Source: a virus. From it: DNA of 64,000 bases. The position numbers and the translations under genes are program-made. The stretch is from IMG/VR virus record IMGVR_UViG_3300042465_006773; one strand, 5' to 3'. Positions 31,544 to 40,727 of this stretch are shown piece by piece. Every line of letters begins with the position of its first letter. The first letter of the stretch is position 1. A model generated the notes under the pieces. That model was not told the origin of the DNA and ran no database searches. It saw only the letters and a list, made by a program, of their open reading frames with translations.

Positions 31544-31701
31544 TAATAAAAGATAAATAAAAAAAAAGAAAAAACCAAGTAATTATATAATTTTTTTGCC
31601 TTTATAACAAATTTTTCTTTTTTTATTAAACTTTTCCATTATATAGATATTTATAAACATACAAATAGAAGTATAAAAATAAATGCATAAAAAAAAATAA
31701 A

Positions 31702-32190
31702 ATGGCAGATTTATTAATGAAAATGCCGGTTCCATACGAACCGAAACGTCAGAATAGATTCATTTTGAGGTTCCCATCTTCATTGGGAATCAATGAATGG
31801 TATGTATCATCCGCGGCTAGACCTTCGGCAAAAATAAACTCGGTAGCAATACCATTTTTAAATACTTCAACGTATGTTGCTGGTAGATTTGAATGGGCTG
31901 AAATGAGAGTAACTTTCAGAGACCCAATTGGTCCATCGGCAGCACAGGCTTTAATGGAATGGTTTAGATTACACGCAGAATCTGTTACAGGTAGAATGGG
32001 TTATGCTGCCGGTTATAAAAAAGACATTGAACTAGAAATGTTAGACCCAACGGGTGTGGTTGTTGAGAAATGGATTATGCAAGGTACATTTATCACCGAT
32101 TTAAACTTCAATGAATTGGATTATTCAAGGGATGAAATCGCAACAATTACTTGTTCTTTACGTCCAGATAGATGTATTTTGGTGTACTAA
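31702..32190 (+). CDS. Tail tube protein (gp19-like)
   Basis: YEPKRQNRF, ARPS, YVAGRFEW, YKKDI.L.MLDPTG.VVEKW; follows the sheath gene. Confidence 0.9.
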   Translation: MADLLMKMPVPYEPKRQNRFILRFPSSLGINEWYVSSAARPSAKINSVAIPFLNTSTYVAGRFEWAEMRVTFRDPIGPSAAQALMEWFRLHAESVTGRMGYAAGYKKDIELEMLDPTGVVVEKWIMQGTFITDLNFNELDYSRDEIATITCSLRPDRCILVY

Positions 32191-32218
32191 TTTAAAAAAA
32201 ATAATTATCTCAATAAAA

Positions 32219-32252
32219 AAAGGTCTTCTCAAAAGGAAGACCTTTACTTTTT
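32219..32252 (+). terminator. Intrinsic terminator
   Basis: aaaggtcttc-tcaaaag-gaagaccttt stem followed by a T-rich run. Confidence 0.75.
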
Positions 32253-32298
32253 TATATAGTTTTGTATTTTATAATAGTTATAGTTAAAAGATAAATTT

Positions 32299-32688
32299 AT
32301 GAAAGACATATTTAAATTTGAACCAATTGAACCATTAATTGAAAATAGATATCTAATCAATATAATTGGTGCATATGTTCCTCAATTCCTTTTTAAGAAA
32401 TATAAAATCTATAACGAAGGTGATGATTTAATTTTTACCACTGAATTTTATGAGACAATAAACTTCATATTTAACCCAAAAGATTTTTTTGAAATTACTG
32501 GTGTTAAAATAGATTATCTTTCACCTATTGGTGAAATAATAGGTTCGTTAGAATTTAAAATAAAAGGTTCAAATTTTGAAAAAGAACAATCTTATTCAAA
32601 TAGTGAATTACAAACAAATAAATTTAAATTTATAATAGATAAAGAATCGATGATGTTAACATTTAAATCGGACGAAGAAAATAAATAA
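32299..32688 (+). CDS. Diverged tail-tube-like paralogue
   Basis: EPLIENRYLI and IDYLSPIGEII align with tube EPKRQNRFIL and LEMLDPTGVVV. Confidence 0.5.
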   Translation: MKDIFKFEPIEPLIENRYLINIIGAYVPQFLFKKYKIYNEGDDLIFTTEFYETINFIFNPKDFFEITGVKIDYLSPIGEIIGSLEFKIKGSNFEKEQSYSNSELQTNKFKFIIDKESMMLTFKSDEENK

Positions 32689-32689
32689 A

Positions 32690-33439
32690 ATGGAAGAATT
32701 TAAAATTGACCCCAACATTGCTTATGATGTTGTTGAATTACCTTCAAGAGGTATTTTTTATAAAAATAAAAAAAAATCAGTAAGAGTTGCATATTTAACT
32801 GCTGCAGATGAAAACATATTATCTTCATCAAACTTAATCCAAAACAATACTGTTATTGATGAGTTGTTAAAAAGAAAAATAATCGATAAAGATATTGAAT
32901 TAGATGAATTAGTGGATGAGGATAGAATGGCGGTTTTAATATTTTTAAGAAACACTGCTTTTGGTTCTGAATACAGTTATAAAATAACTGACGGAAAAAC
33001 AGGTAAAGAATTTGATGTCACTTTTGATTTAAGTGAGTTGTCCTTTAAAAATTTTAATCTCGAACCAAATGAAAACGGTGAATTTAAATATACCACCAAC
33101 GTTTCAAAAATCGATATTACTTTTAAATTTTTAACAAAAAAACAAGAAAAAGAAATTGAACAAATTGAAAAAAGTTGGAATGGAGTTGGTGTACCACCAA
33201 TTGTAACAAAACAACTTGAATTTATGATTAAATCGGTAGCTGGTAATAAAGACCCAATGAACATTAGAAATTTCATTGAAAATCTACCAATTAAAGATTC
33301 TCAAGACTTTAGAAAATATATTAGAGAGAATAGACCCGCAATTGACCTAAAAAAAGAAGTAACGACCCCATCAGGAGAGAATATCCAAATTGTTATTGGA
33401 TTCGGGGTCGAATTTTTTCGCCCTTTCTACGGACTATAG
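32690..33439 (+). CDS. Baseplate hub assembly / tail assembly chaperone (gp26-like)
   Basis: VELPSRG.FY, YLTAADENIL, DRMAVLIFLR..AFG, ends FG.EFFRP; directly upstream of the tape measure gene. Confidence 0.75.
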   Translation: MEEFKIDPNIAYDVVELPSRGIFYKNKKKSVRVAYLTAADENILSSSNLIQNNTVIDELLKRKIIDKDIELDELVDEDRMAVLIFLRNTAFGSEYSYKITDGKTGKEFDVTFDLSELSFKNFNLEPNENGEFKYTTNVSKIDITFKFLTKKQEKEIEQIEKSWNGVGVPPIVTKQLEFMIKSVAGNKDPMNIRNFIENLPIKDSQDFRKYIRENRPAIDLKKEVTTPSGENIQIVIGFGVEFFRPFYGL

Positions 33440-33566
33440 AAAGTCTCAATTAGACGAAATATTATATCTAATAAGAAGAGGATTCTCCTACGGGGATATT
33501 CTTTCAATGCCAATATCGATTAGACGATATTATGTTAACTATATTCAGGAATTGGAAAATAAATAA
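33390..33566 (+). CDS. gp51-like / chaperone C-terminal ORF in the +1 frame (TTG start or frameshift product)
   Basis: YRKSQLDEILYLIRRGFSYGDILSMPISIRRYYVNYI; no upstream ATG in frame; overlaps the end of the gp26-like gene. Confidence 0.65.
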   Translation: MLLDSGSNFFALSTDYRKSQLDEILYLIRRGFSYGDILSMPISIRRYYVNYIQELENK

Positions 33567-33593
33567 AATTGATATTTATATGTAAACAATTTT

Positions 33594-35522
33594 ATGAGGA
33601 ATCTTGGAGATTTTAGAAGATTAGCCAATCAAAGCGGAGGTAATCTTCAAATATATATAAGTGCGTGTGGGGCAATTGACCCGTCCGAGTCAACCGCATT
33701 TCTACAAGCTTGGAATGAATATACATCATCACAAAATAAAATAAACACACCGTCTCAATCATCATCGGGTTCTGTTGATATTGAACCTTTAAAAAAAATA
33801 CAAAATTTAAGCCAAAGTGTTCAATCGTATAAAGTACAAAGTTCAGAAATGATTCAGGCATCTGAAATTATTGACGGTGTACAATCATTAATAAGTGGAA
33901 CATTTGGTGACGGTGGTCTTTTTGGAAAAGGTAATTTTGGTGAAAATTTAAAAAATGCAGGTTCGAATTTTTTAAAATCCATGTTAGATACGGTGGTATC
34001 GGCGGGTGCGGAAATACTACAACAAGAAGTGAATTTACACAATCAGATAAACTCAAAAATTGGTATTTCAGGAGAACTATCTAGAGGGTTAAGAAACGAA
34101 ATTATTGAAACTTTACCTCAAATGATATCTATGGGTTATGGATTTGAGGATGTTAAGGATACAATTACGGGAATGATAGAAGAACAGGGTAAATTTACTT
34201 TATATAATAGAGAAGTAATTGGAGACATGGCTGTAACATCAAGAGCATTTGTTGGTGATTTAGATACTCTTGGGAAGATGATTGGAACATACGAAAAAAC
34301 AGGTTTTGGCGCTGCAGATGCTTTAGACAAAATAAATCAAGCTGGTAAAAGTTCAATTAGTTTAGGTTTAAATGCGAGAAAAGTTGTTTCAGAAATCGAA
34401 ACAAACATGAAAAATTTAAACCAATACGGTTTTAAAAATGGATTTGATGGATTAAATAGAATGGTTCAAAAATCTATTGAATTTAAAATGAGTATGCAAA
34501 GTGTTTTTACTTTAGCCGAAAAACTATTTGACCCTGACCAAGCAATTGGATTATCCGCGAATTTACAGGCAATAGGTGGGGCTATCGGAGACTTTAACGA
34601 CCCTTTAAAACTGATGTATATGGCAACAAACGATGCTGGTGGATTACAAGAAGCAATGATTGGTGTTGCGGGTTCTTTAGCGACATATAATTCAGAATTG
34701 GGTAAATTTGAAATCACTGGTGTTAATTTAAGAAAAGCAAGGGCGTTAGCTGGTGAATTAGGTGTGAGTATGGACGAATTATCAACCACCGCGATAAAAG
34801 CCGCTGAAAGAACATCAGCGTCTGCAGATTTATTGGCAGGAGGATTTAATCTTGACGAAAAACAACAAGAGTTTATTACGAACTTAGCGAGAATGGAGGG
34901 AGGTAAAATGGTTATCGACGTTCCACAGGGATTATTTACAGAATTTGGTAATCAAACAAGAGTTGCTTTGGATGAATTAAATAGTGAACAAGTACAAGTT
35001 TTATTGAATAATCAAGAAGTATTCGAAAAAATGAGTGCCAAAGATATTGCGTTAGAACAATATACTGAAATGCAAAAAATAGGTCTTAATGTTTCAGAAA
35101 TAGTTACAATGATGAAAGTTGATTTCGCTAGTGGTGTTCGAGGTGGTCTTTCAAAAGTGGATGAATATTTAAAAAATGCTAATGAAATTTTAAATGAAAC
35201 AAAAAGTGGTCAAAATGAGATAGGTCAACTTTTAACGGGTAAAAAGGGAGAGATTAAGGGTATGGGATATGATTTTGTTACAAAAAAAGTGGAAGATGCC
35301 ATTATTAGACCAAATCAAAAAGATATTATTATTCCAAGTATAAACGACACTATTTACGCAATAGATGAAACCAAAAACAGAGGTGGTAACGTTGTTGGTG
35401 AAAATAAAAAATTAGAAATTTCAATTAATAGTAATGTCAATGCAGATGCAATAAGAAACGAAATTATGAATCAAATAGCGATGACATCAGATTATAGAGA
35501 ATATATTGGAACATTTAGTTAA
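33594..35522 (+). CDS. Tape measure-like protein
   Basis: Helical A/G/L/M-rich, 642 aa; position after tube and chaperone genes. Confidence 0.65.
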   Translation: MRNLGDFRRLANQSGGNLQIYISACGAIDPSESTAFLQAWNEYTSSQNKINTPSQSSSGSVDIEPLKKIQNLSQSVQSYKVQSSEMIQASEIIDGVQSLISGTFGDGGLFGKGNFGENLKNAGSNFLKSMLDTVVSAGAEILQQEVNLHNQINSKIGISGELSRGLRNEIIETLPQMISMGYGFEDVKDTITGMIEEQGKFTLYNREVIGDMAVTSRAFVGDLDTLGKMIGTYEKTGFGAADALDKINQAGKSSISLGLNARKVVSEIETNMKNLNQYGFKNGFDGLNRMVQKSIEFKMSMQSVFTLAEKLFDPDQAIGLSANLQAIGGAIGDFNDPLKLMYMATNDAGGLQEAMIGVAGSLATYNSELGKFEITGVNLRKARALAGELGVSMDELSTTAIKAAERTSASADLLAGGFNLDEKQQEFITNLARMEGGKMVIDVPQGLFTEFGNQTRVALDELNSEQVQVLLNNQEVFEKMSAKDIALEQYTEMQKIGLNVSEIVTMMKVDFASGVRGGLSKVDEYLKNANEILNETKSGQNEIGQLLTGKKGEIKGMGYDFVTKKVEDAIIRPNQKDIIIPSINDTIYAIDETKNRGGNVVGENKKLEISINSNVNADAIRNEIMNQIAMTSDYREYIGTFS

Positions 35523-35553
35523 AAAAATCAAAAAATATCTATTTATATAATAG

Positions 35554-38500
35554 ATGCCAACATACTTAGATTTTAATAACACCAAGGTTTTTAGAGATTA
35601 TTTAATTTCAAAAACTTTAAATAGACCGAACGGACCACAAACGTTTACGGACACCAATTATGTTGTTCAAAATTTAAATAATTTTGCAAATGTTGACCCC
35701 GGTGATGTAAAAACAAATTGGTCTGTGTTTTTTGCAAATACTTTTGGTCAAAATTTATACAGTGTACCTGATAATACGATAGAAGAATATACCAATACAA
35801 CATTACCAATGTTAGCTTGGATTAATAATGGTATTATTTCTGATGGTTATCTTGATTCATTTACAATGACACAGTCCCCCAATTTGATTGGGATAATGGG
35901 TGGTCAAAACTTTGAAAACGATTCAAGATTAATGAAATTCGCGACTCAAAATATTCGAGAAAATAAATTAGGTCCCGTTTTTGCGAGAATTGAACAAAAT
36001 TTAACATCAGCAACTTTAGGTAGAGTTAGATTAATTGATGCGTTGGAGGGTAATACCGCGACTGCAATAAATCTCATTACAGGTAGAGAACCTTTAGTTC
36101 AAAAAAACTATAAAATCACTGTTGATAGAACTTTAATAGGTAAGGGTGTTGATTTCCTTCAAACAGTTGCGGGACTTGAATTCCCATTTAGTGAAATACC
36201 TGGTGATTATTTAACAAATCCAAGAAACCCAATAGAAAATAGACCAACACCAAGAACAGAGGCGGGTGCCATTTTACAAGATGTTACAGGTGTTTTGGGG
36301 AGTTTAATTGGAATAGAAAGAAGACCGAAATTGGGGAGAAAACCTTCCGATTTATTTGTTGAATACATGGGGGAAGGACAAAGACAAACACTATATGACC
36401 AACTGTCATATTCAAAATATGCCCCAAATTATACAACCACCGCCCGTTCACAACAATCATCAAAATTATTTAATTTTACTGATAGAGTTGGTGCCGGTGT
36501 AAGAAATTTATTAGGTTTAGAAGCACCAAAAGGGGTTGCTTATATTGGTGATGATAGAGGTGAGGACGTTAAATATACAATGTCAGATTTTAATGACAGA
36601 GTTGTAAAAAGTAGTTACTATTTAAGTTTAATGTTTGACCCTGTTCAATCAAATTTATTTGAAAAACAAAGAAATATAACTCAGGGTGGTCAAATTAGCG
36701 GTAAATTAACGTGGATAAGTAAAAACTCTCAAAATAAAATCGGGTTATATAATAATGAATTTCAATCACAAGAGGCTAATGGATATAACGATTCAAAGTC
36801 AACGAACTACGATTTTAGAGAAGATTCTATTCTTGGTTTAACACAAGAAATTTTGAATTCAATGCCTAAAGACGGTATTGCATCGAGAACGCACGTCGGT
36901 AACGTTATTGACCAAACAAGTAGAATTTTCAAAGAAGGGGACTCAATGTTATCTAGAGGTTCGGCAATAAAATTTGTCGATAAATTTAATCAAGAAACAG
37001 GAGCAGAATATTGTAGAGTATGGACAAAAGATAGGTCATACATGAATTACACCGACACAATGAAAAAAACGGCAAACCTTAGAAAATTTGACGATAGTGT
37101 TATGGGTGGTGACAGTAGACCATGGAACATTAATATTGCACCAATGTCTAGTGGTAATTATGACTCAACGGGAAATAATTCATTTGGGGCAAAAAATTCA
37201 ACAAATATATTTCAAGGACCACCTGGTGATGGGTTTTATGCTAAAAAATATATGTTTTCAATTGAAAACTTGGCATGGAAAACTTCAAACACAATGGGGT
37301 TCACATATAACGATTTACCATATTGTGAAAGAGGTAACAATGGAGGTAGGGTTATGTGGTTTCCTCCTTATGATTTGAAAGTAAATGAGAATAATGCGGC
37401 TAGATGGCAAGACAATACCTTTTTAGGTAGACCTGAACCAATTTACACATATCAAGACACAAGTAGAACGGGGACAATAAGTTTTAAAGTCATTGTTGAC
37501 CACCCAAGTATTTTAAATTTGTTGGTCAGAGAACACTTTAAAGGGATGAGCGATGATGAAGCGGAAAACTACATTAATGCGTTTTTTGCTGGTTGTGAAG
37601 AATTAGATTTTTATGATTTAGTTAGAAGATACACACAATTAGATTCTAACGATATAAAACTATTACAAAATTTTTTAGACAAAGGAAAAGACCCCGAATT
37701 TATTCAACAATATAAAGTAACAACAGAACCGCCGGTTGTAGAAACACCGGTAACACCTACTGTTAAAGATGAATGTGGTCCACCAACTCAAAAAACTTTC
37801 AATTTAAAATTTGATAATGATAGGCCCGACCCAAATAGCAAATCATTAGAAACATCACGAAATTATTCAGAATTATATAATTCTTATATACCAACAAGAA
37901 AAACAACATATATTAATCAGTTAGATACTCTTATCAAACAATTAACAGGATTTTCACAAAACGATGTTCAAGTTAAAAAAGAAAAAAGTTATATTTTTGG
38001 TAATGAAAATGTAACAATTACTCAATCGTTAATCGATGAGCAAAAAACAAAAATCGGAGACTATTTCGATAAAGCGACTTCGGGATATTCCGATTACCAA
38101 TCTTCTCTTAATGAATTAAAATCAAAACTATCTGGTAAAACAGCGGAGGATATTCGTATTAAAATTTCATCTTCAGCATCTTCCTCGGCTTCATCTGACT
38201 ATAACGAAAGATTAGCGATTAGAAGAAGTCATAGTGTTTTACAAGATATATTTGATACCATATCGAATGGAGGAAAGAAACCAAATATGATATGGATAAG
38301 TGATTTAACACCAACAAATAAAAATCTTGGGGATAATGATAAATTAATTATCGAAAGAGGAAAACCAATTGAGATAATAAAAGAATATAAAATCAGTGAC
38401 TTTGGATATGAATATGATGGTAAAATTATTGTTGAATCAGTTAATTACGGTGAAAATTTTACTGGTGGGCAACCCGAAACAAACTGTATAGGTAAAGATT

Positions 38501-40401
38501 TCATAAAAGTTAGGGAACTTGGAACATATTCACCAATATCGTTTTATTGTAGACAAACGACATTCGAATTAAAATATGAAAATCGTTCAAGAACCGAACA
38601 ACCTGCATCTTTACCAAAAAATAATCCAACTAATCCAGTTACGACAGTAGAACCAAATGGTAAAATACCAATTTCACAACCATCCAAAAAACCACCAATT
38701 GACCCAATAAAAAGAGTCATTGCAAAAACTCTTTCAGAATGTTTTTATTTTAAAAAATTAGAAGAAACCGACCCCATATCTTTTAAGTCCCTTAAAGACA
38801 AATTAAAATATTTCCATCCCGCTTTTCACTCGATGACACCTGAAGGTTTAAATAGTAGGTTAACATTTTTATTACAGTGTGTTAGACCTGGTGACACAAT
38901 ACCGATAAAAGGTATATCTGAAGATTCAGATTTAAACGCAAGAAACACATCTTTTGGTCCACCACCAATTTGTGTAATTAGAATTGGTGATTTTTATCAT
39001 TCAAAGGTGGTAATAAGAGATGTTCAAATTAGTTACGATGATGGTGGTCAAATACTTTGGGATTTAAATCCCGAAGGTATTGGTATTCAACCGATGGTTG
39101 CAAGTGTTACTTTACAAGTTTCATTCATTGGTGGTCATGGATTATCTAAACCCGTTGAAAGACTTCAAAACGCATTGTCGTCTAATTTCTTTGCGAATAC
39201 CGAAATGTACGATGAAAGGTCAATTTCAACAAATGAAACAATTGGTGGAATGACACCTGAAGAATTTACAAAAGACTTTTTAGATAAACTAAATCAATCA
39301 TACTATAATATTATACCAAATGCAGATTTAATAAAAAACAATAAAAATATTACCCAAAATAATTATATGGGTATACCCGTTGGGGACACAACGAACGTCG
39401 AAGAGATAAGTTATACAGAACTAGTAACAAACCTTTTTGATTTAACAAAAAACTATTTTGAAAAATATGTTTCAATATACAATCAAATATATACAAAATA
39501 CGGGAAAGACATAACAACAATGTTATTAAAAAATGATTATAGACCAATATCCCAATATGATGTTTATACTTCAACGTCGCCAACACCTGGTAAAGTATTA
39601 GAATTGTTTGGTTTACATGAAAAAAGAAAGGAATTATCTGTTTATTCTGAAGGTTTGGAATTGGCACTAAATAATTTTATCGATAATTCATCAACAACAT
39701 ATTTATCGAATTTGTTTACTTTTGATAAAGTAATCACAGGTTCTTTGTTAATAGATACAAATGAAAAAATAATAAAACCATTTATTAAAAAAGTAATTCA
39801 GGAAAAAGTGGATGGGATTTCTGATGGTAATATATTAAAAGAATTAGAAGAATCGAGAAACAATTTAATAAAAACGTTAGATAAATTAAACTTTGTTATA
39901 AAAAATGCGAAAGATTCTACCGTCAACGATGATACAGTAAAAAGTCTTCAGTTTTCGGGATTTACTTCAGATTTATTATATAACGAATATGAGTCATGTA
40001 TAACGTATATTGAAGAAAATCATTCAAAATTAACTGTTGATTTATCGACAAACATTACTTTTTTAAATCCAACAATACAATCTTCTGATTTTGATTTTAT
40101 TATTAGTCAATTATTATTTGATAAAATAGACTCATTCATGAATCTTTTTATTGATACATCTTTATATCCTGAAAAAGTAAAGAACAAGTTAAGAACAAGA
40201 TTACAAAGTTTTATTAATGTACCGAATAAAAAGGATTTTAAATTTACAAAATTTAAAGACAGAAAAAATGGTAAAGAAATAAACTTTGATGTTATAACCA
40301 TATCGGATGAAACAAATGGAACAATTATAAATGAATCAACTCAAATATTTTCAGAATCAAATGAAGTAACAAATAAATTAAATTTTTATAGAAAAAAATA
40401 A
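35554..40401 (+). CDS. Large baseplate/tube-initiator protein with an inserted OmpA-C-like domain
   Basis: FLGRPEPIYTY and PPICVIRIGDFY..K (tube-initiator-like) flank FDND...SAS...YNERLAIRRS.SV...YGE (OmpA-like). Confidence 0.6.
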   Translation: MPTYLDFNNTKVFRDYLISKTLNRPNGPQTFTDTNYVVQNLNNFANVDPGDVKTNWSVFFANTFGQNLYSVPDNTIEEYTNTTLPMLAWINNGIISDGYLDSFTMTQSPNLIGIMGGQNFENDSRLMKFATQNIRENKLGPVFARIEQNLTSATLGRVRLIDALEGNTATAINLITGREPLVQKNYKITVDRTLIGKGVDFLQTVAGLEFPFSEIPGDYLTNPRNPIENRPTPRTEAGAILQDVTGVLGSLIGIERRPKLGRKPSDLFVEYMGEGQRQTLYDQLSYSKYAPNYTTTARSQQSSKLFNFTDRVGAGVRNLLGLEAPKGVAYIGDDRGEDVKYTMSDFNDRVVKSSYYLSLMFDPVQSNLFEKQRNITQGGQISGKLTWISKNSQNKIGLYNNEFQSQEANGYNDSKSTNYDFREDSILGLTQEILNSMPKDGIASRTHVGNVIDQTSRIFKEGDSMLSRGSAIKFVDKFNQETGAEYCRVWTKDRSYMNYTDTMKKTANLRKFDDSVMGGDSRPWNINIAPMSSGNYDSTGNNSFGAKNSTNIFQGPPGDGFYAKKYMFSIENLAWKTSNTMGFTYNDLPYCERGNNGGRVMWFPPYDLKVNENNAARWQDNTFLGRPEPIYTYQDTSRTGTISFKVIVDHPSILNLLVREHFKGMSDDEAENYINAFFAGCEELDFYDLVRRYTQLDSNDIKLLQNFLDKGKDPEFIQQYKVTTEPPVVETPVTPTVKDECGPPTQKTFNLKFDNDRPDPNSKSLETSRNYSELYNSYIPTRKTTYINQLDTLIKQLTGFSQNDVQVKKEKSYIFGNENVTITQSLIDEQKTKIGDYFDKATSGYSDYQSSLNELKSKLSGKTAEDIRIKISSSASSSASSDYNERLAIRRSHSVLQDIFDTISNGGKKPNMIWISDLTPTNKNLGDNDKLIIERGKPIEIIKEYKISDFGYEYDGKIIVESVNYGENFTGGQPETNCIGKDFIKVRELGTYSPISFYCRQTTFELKYENRSRTEQPASLPKNNPTNPVTTVEPNGKIPISQPSKKPPIDPIKRVIAKTLSECFYFKKLEETDPISFKSLKDKLKYFHPAFHSMTPEGLNSRLTFLLQCVRPGDTIPIKGISEDSDLNARNTSFGPPPICVIRIGDFYHSKVVIRDVQISYDDGGQILWDLNPEGIGIQPMVASVTLQVSFIGGHGLSKPVERLQNALSSNFFANTEMYDERSISTNETIGGMTPEEFTKDFLDKLNQSYYNIIPNADLIKNNKNITQNNYMGIPVGDTTNVEEISYTELVTNLFDLTKNYFEKYVSIYNQIYTKYGKDITTMLLKNDYRPISQYDVYTSTSPTPGKVLELFGLHEKRKELSVYSEGLELALNNFIDNSSTTYLSNLFTFDKVITGSLLIDTNEKIIKPFIKKVIQEKVDGISDGNILKELEESRNNLIKTLDKLNFVIKNAKDSTVNDDTVKSLQFSGFTSDLLYNEYESCITYIEENHSKLTVDLSTNITFLNPTIQSSDFDFIISQLLFDKIDSFMNLFIDTSLYPEKVKNKLRTRLQSFINVPNKKDFKFTKFKDRKNGKEINFDVITISDETNGTIINESTQIFSESNEVTNKLNFYRKK

Positions 40402-40727
40402 TGAGTAGGCAGTATTTTGATAGATATCAGTTTTTTATAGAAGATGGTTCTTTTAGAGTTGTTCCCGGTATTGAAATACCAATAAAAACAACAGACAAGT
40501 ATATGTTCTTTAAAAAAGGTAGAGACAGATTAGATAGATTATCTTTGGAACATTATGGTTCACCCGTCTTTGGTTGGTTAATTCTCCAAGCTAATCCAAC
40601 TGTTGGTGGATTGGAGTTTGAGATACCTGATAATTTTGTTTTACGTATTCCTTTTCCATTAGTTATTTCTTTACAAGACTACAAAAGAAATGTAGAATTA
40701 TATAACTTGTATTATGGCGAACAATAG
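40401..40727 (+). CDS. Baseplate wedge LysM-like protein (gp53/gpX-like)
   Basis: DRLDRLSLEHYGSP.FGWLILQANP...LRIP. Confidence 0.75.
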   Translation: MSRQYFDRYQFFIEDGSFRVVPGIEIPIKTTDKYMFFKKGRDRLDRLSLEHYGSPVFGWLILQANPTVGGLEFEIPDNFVLRIPFPLVISLQDYKRNVELYNLYYGEQ

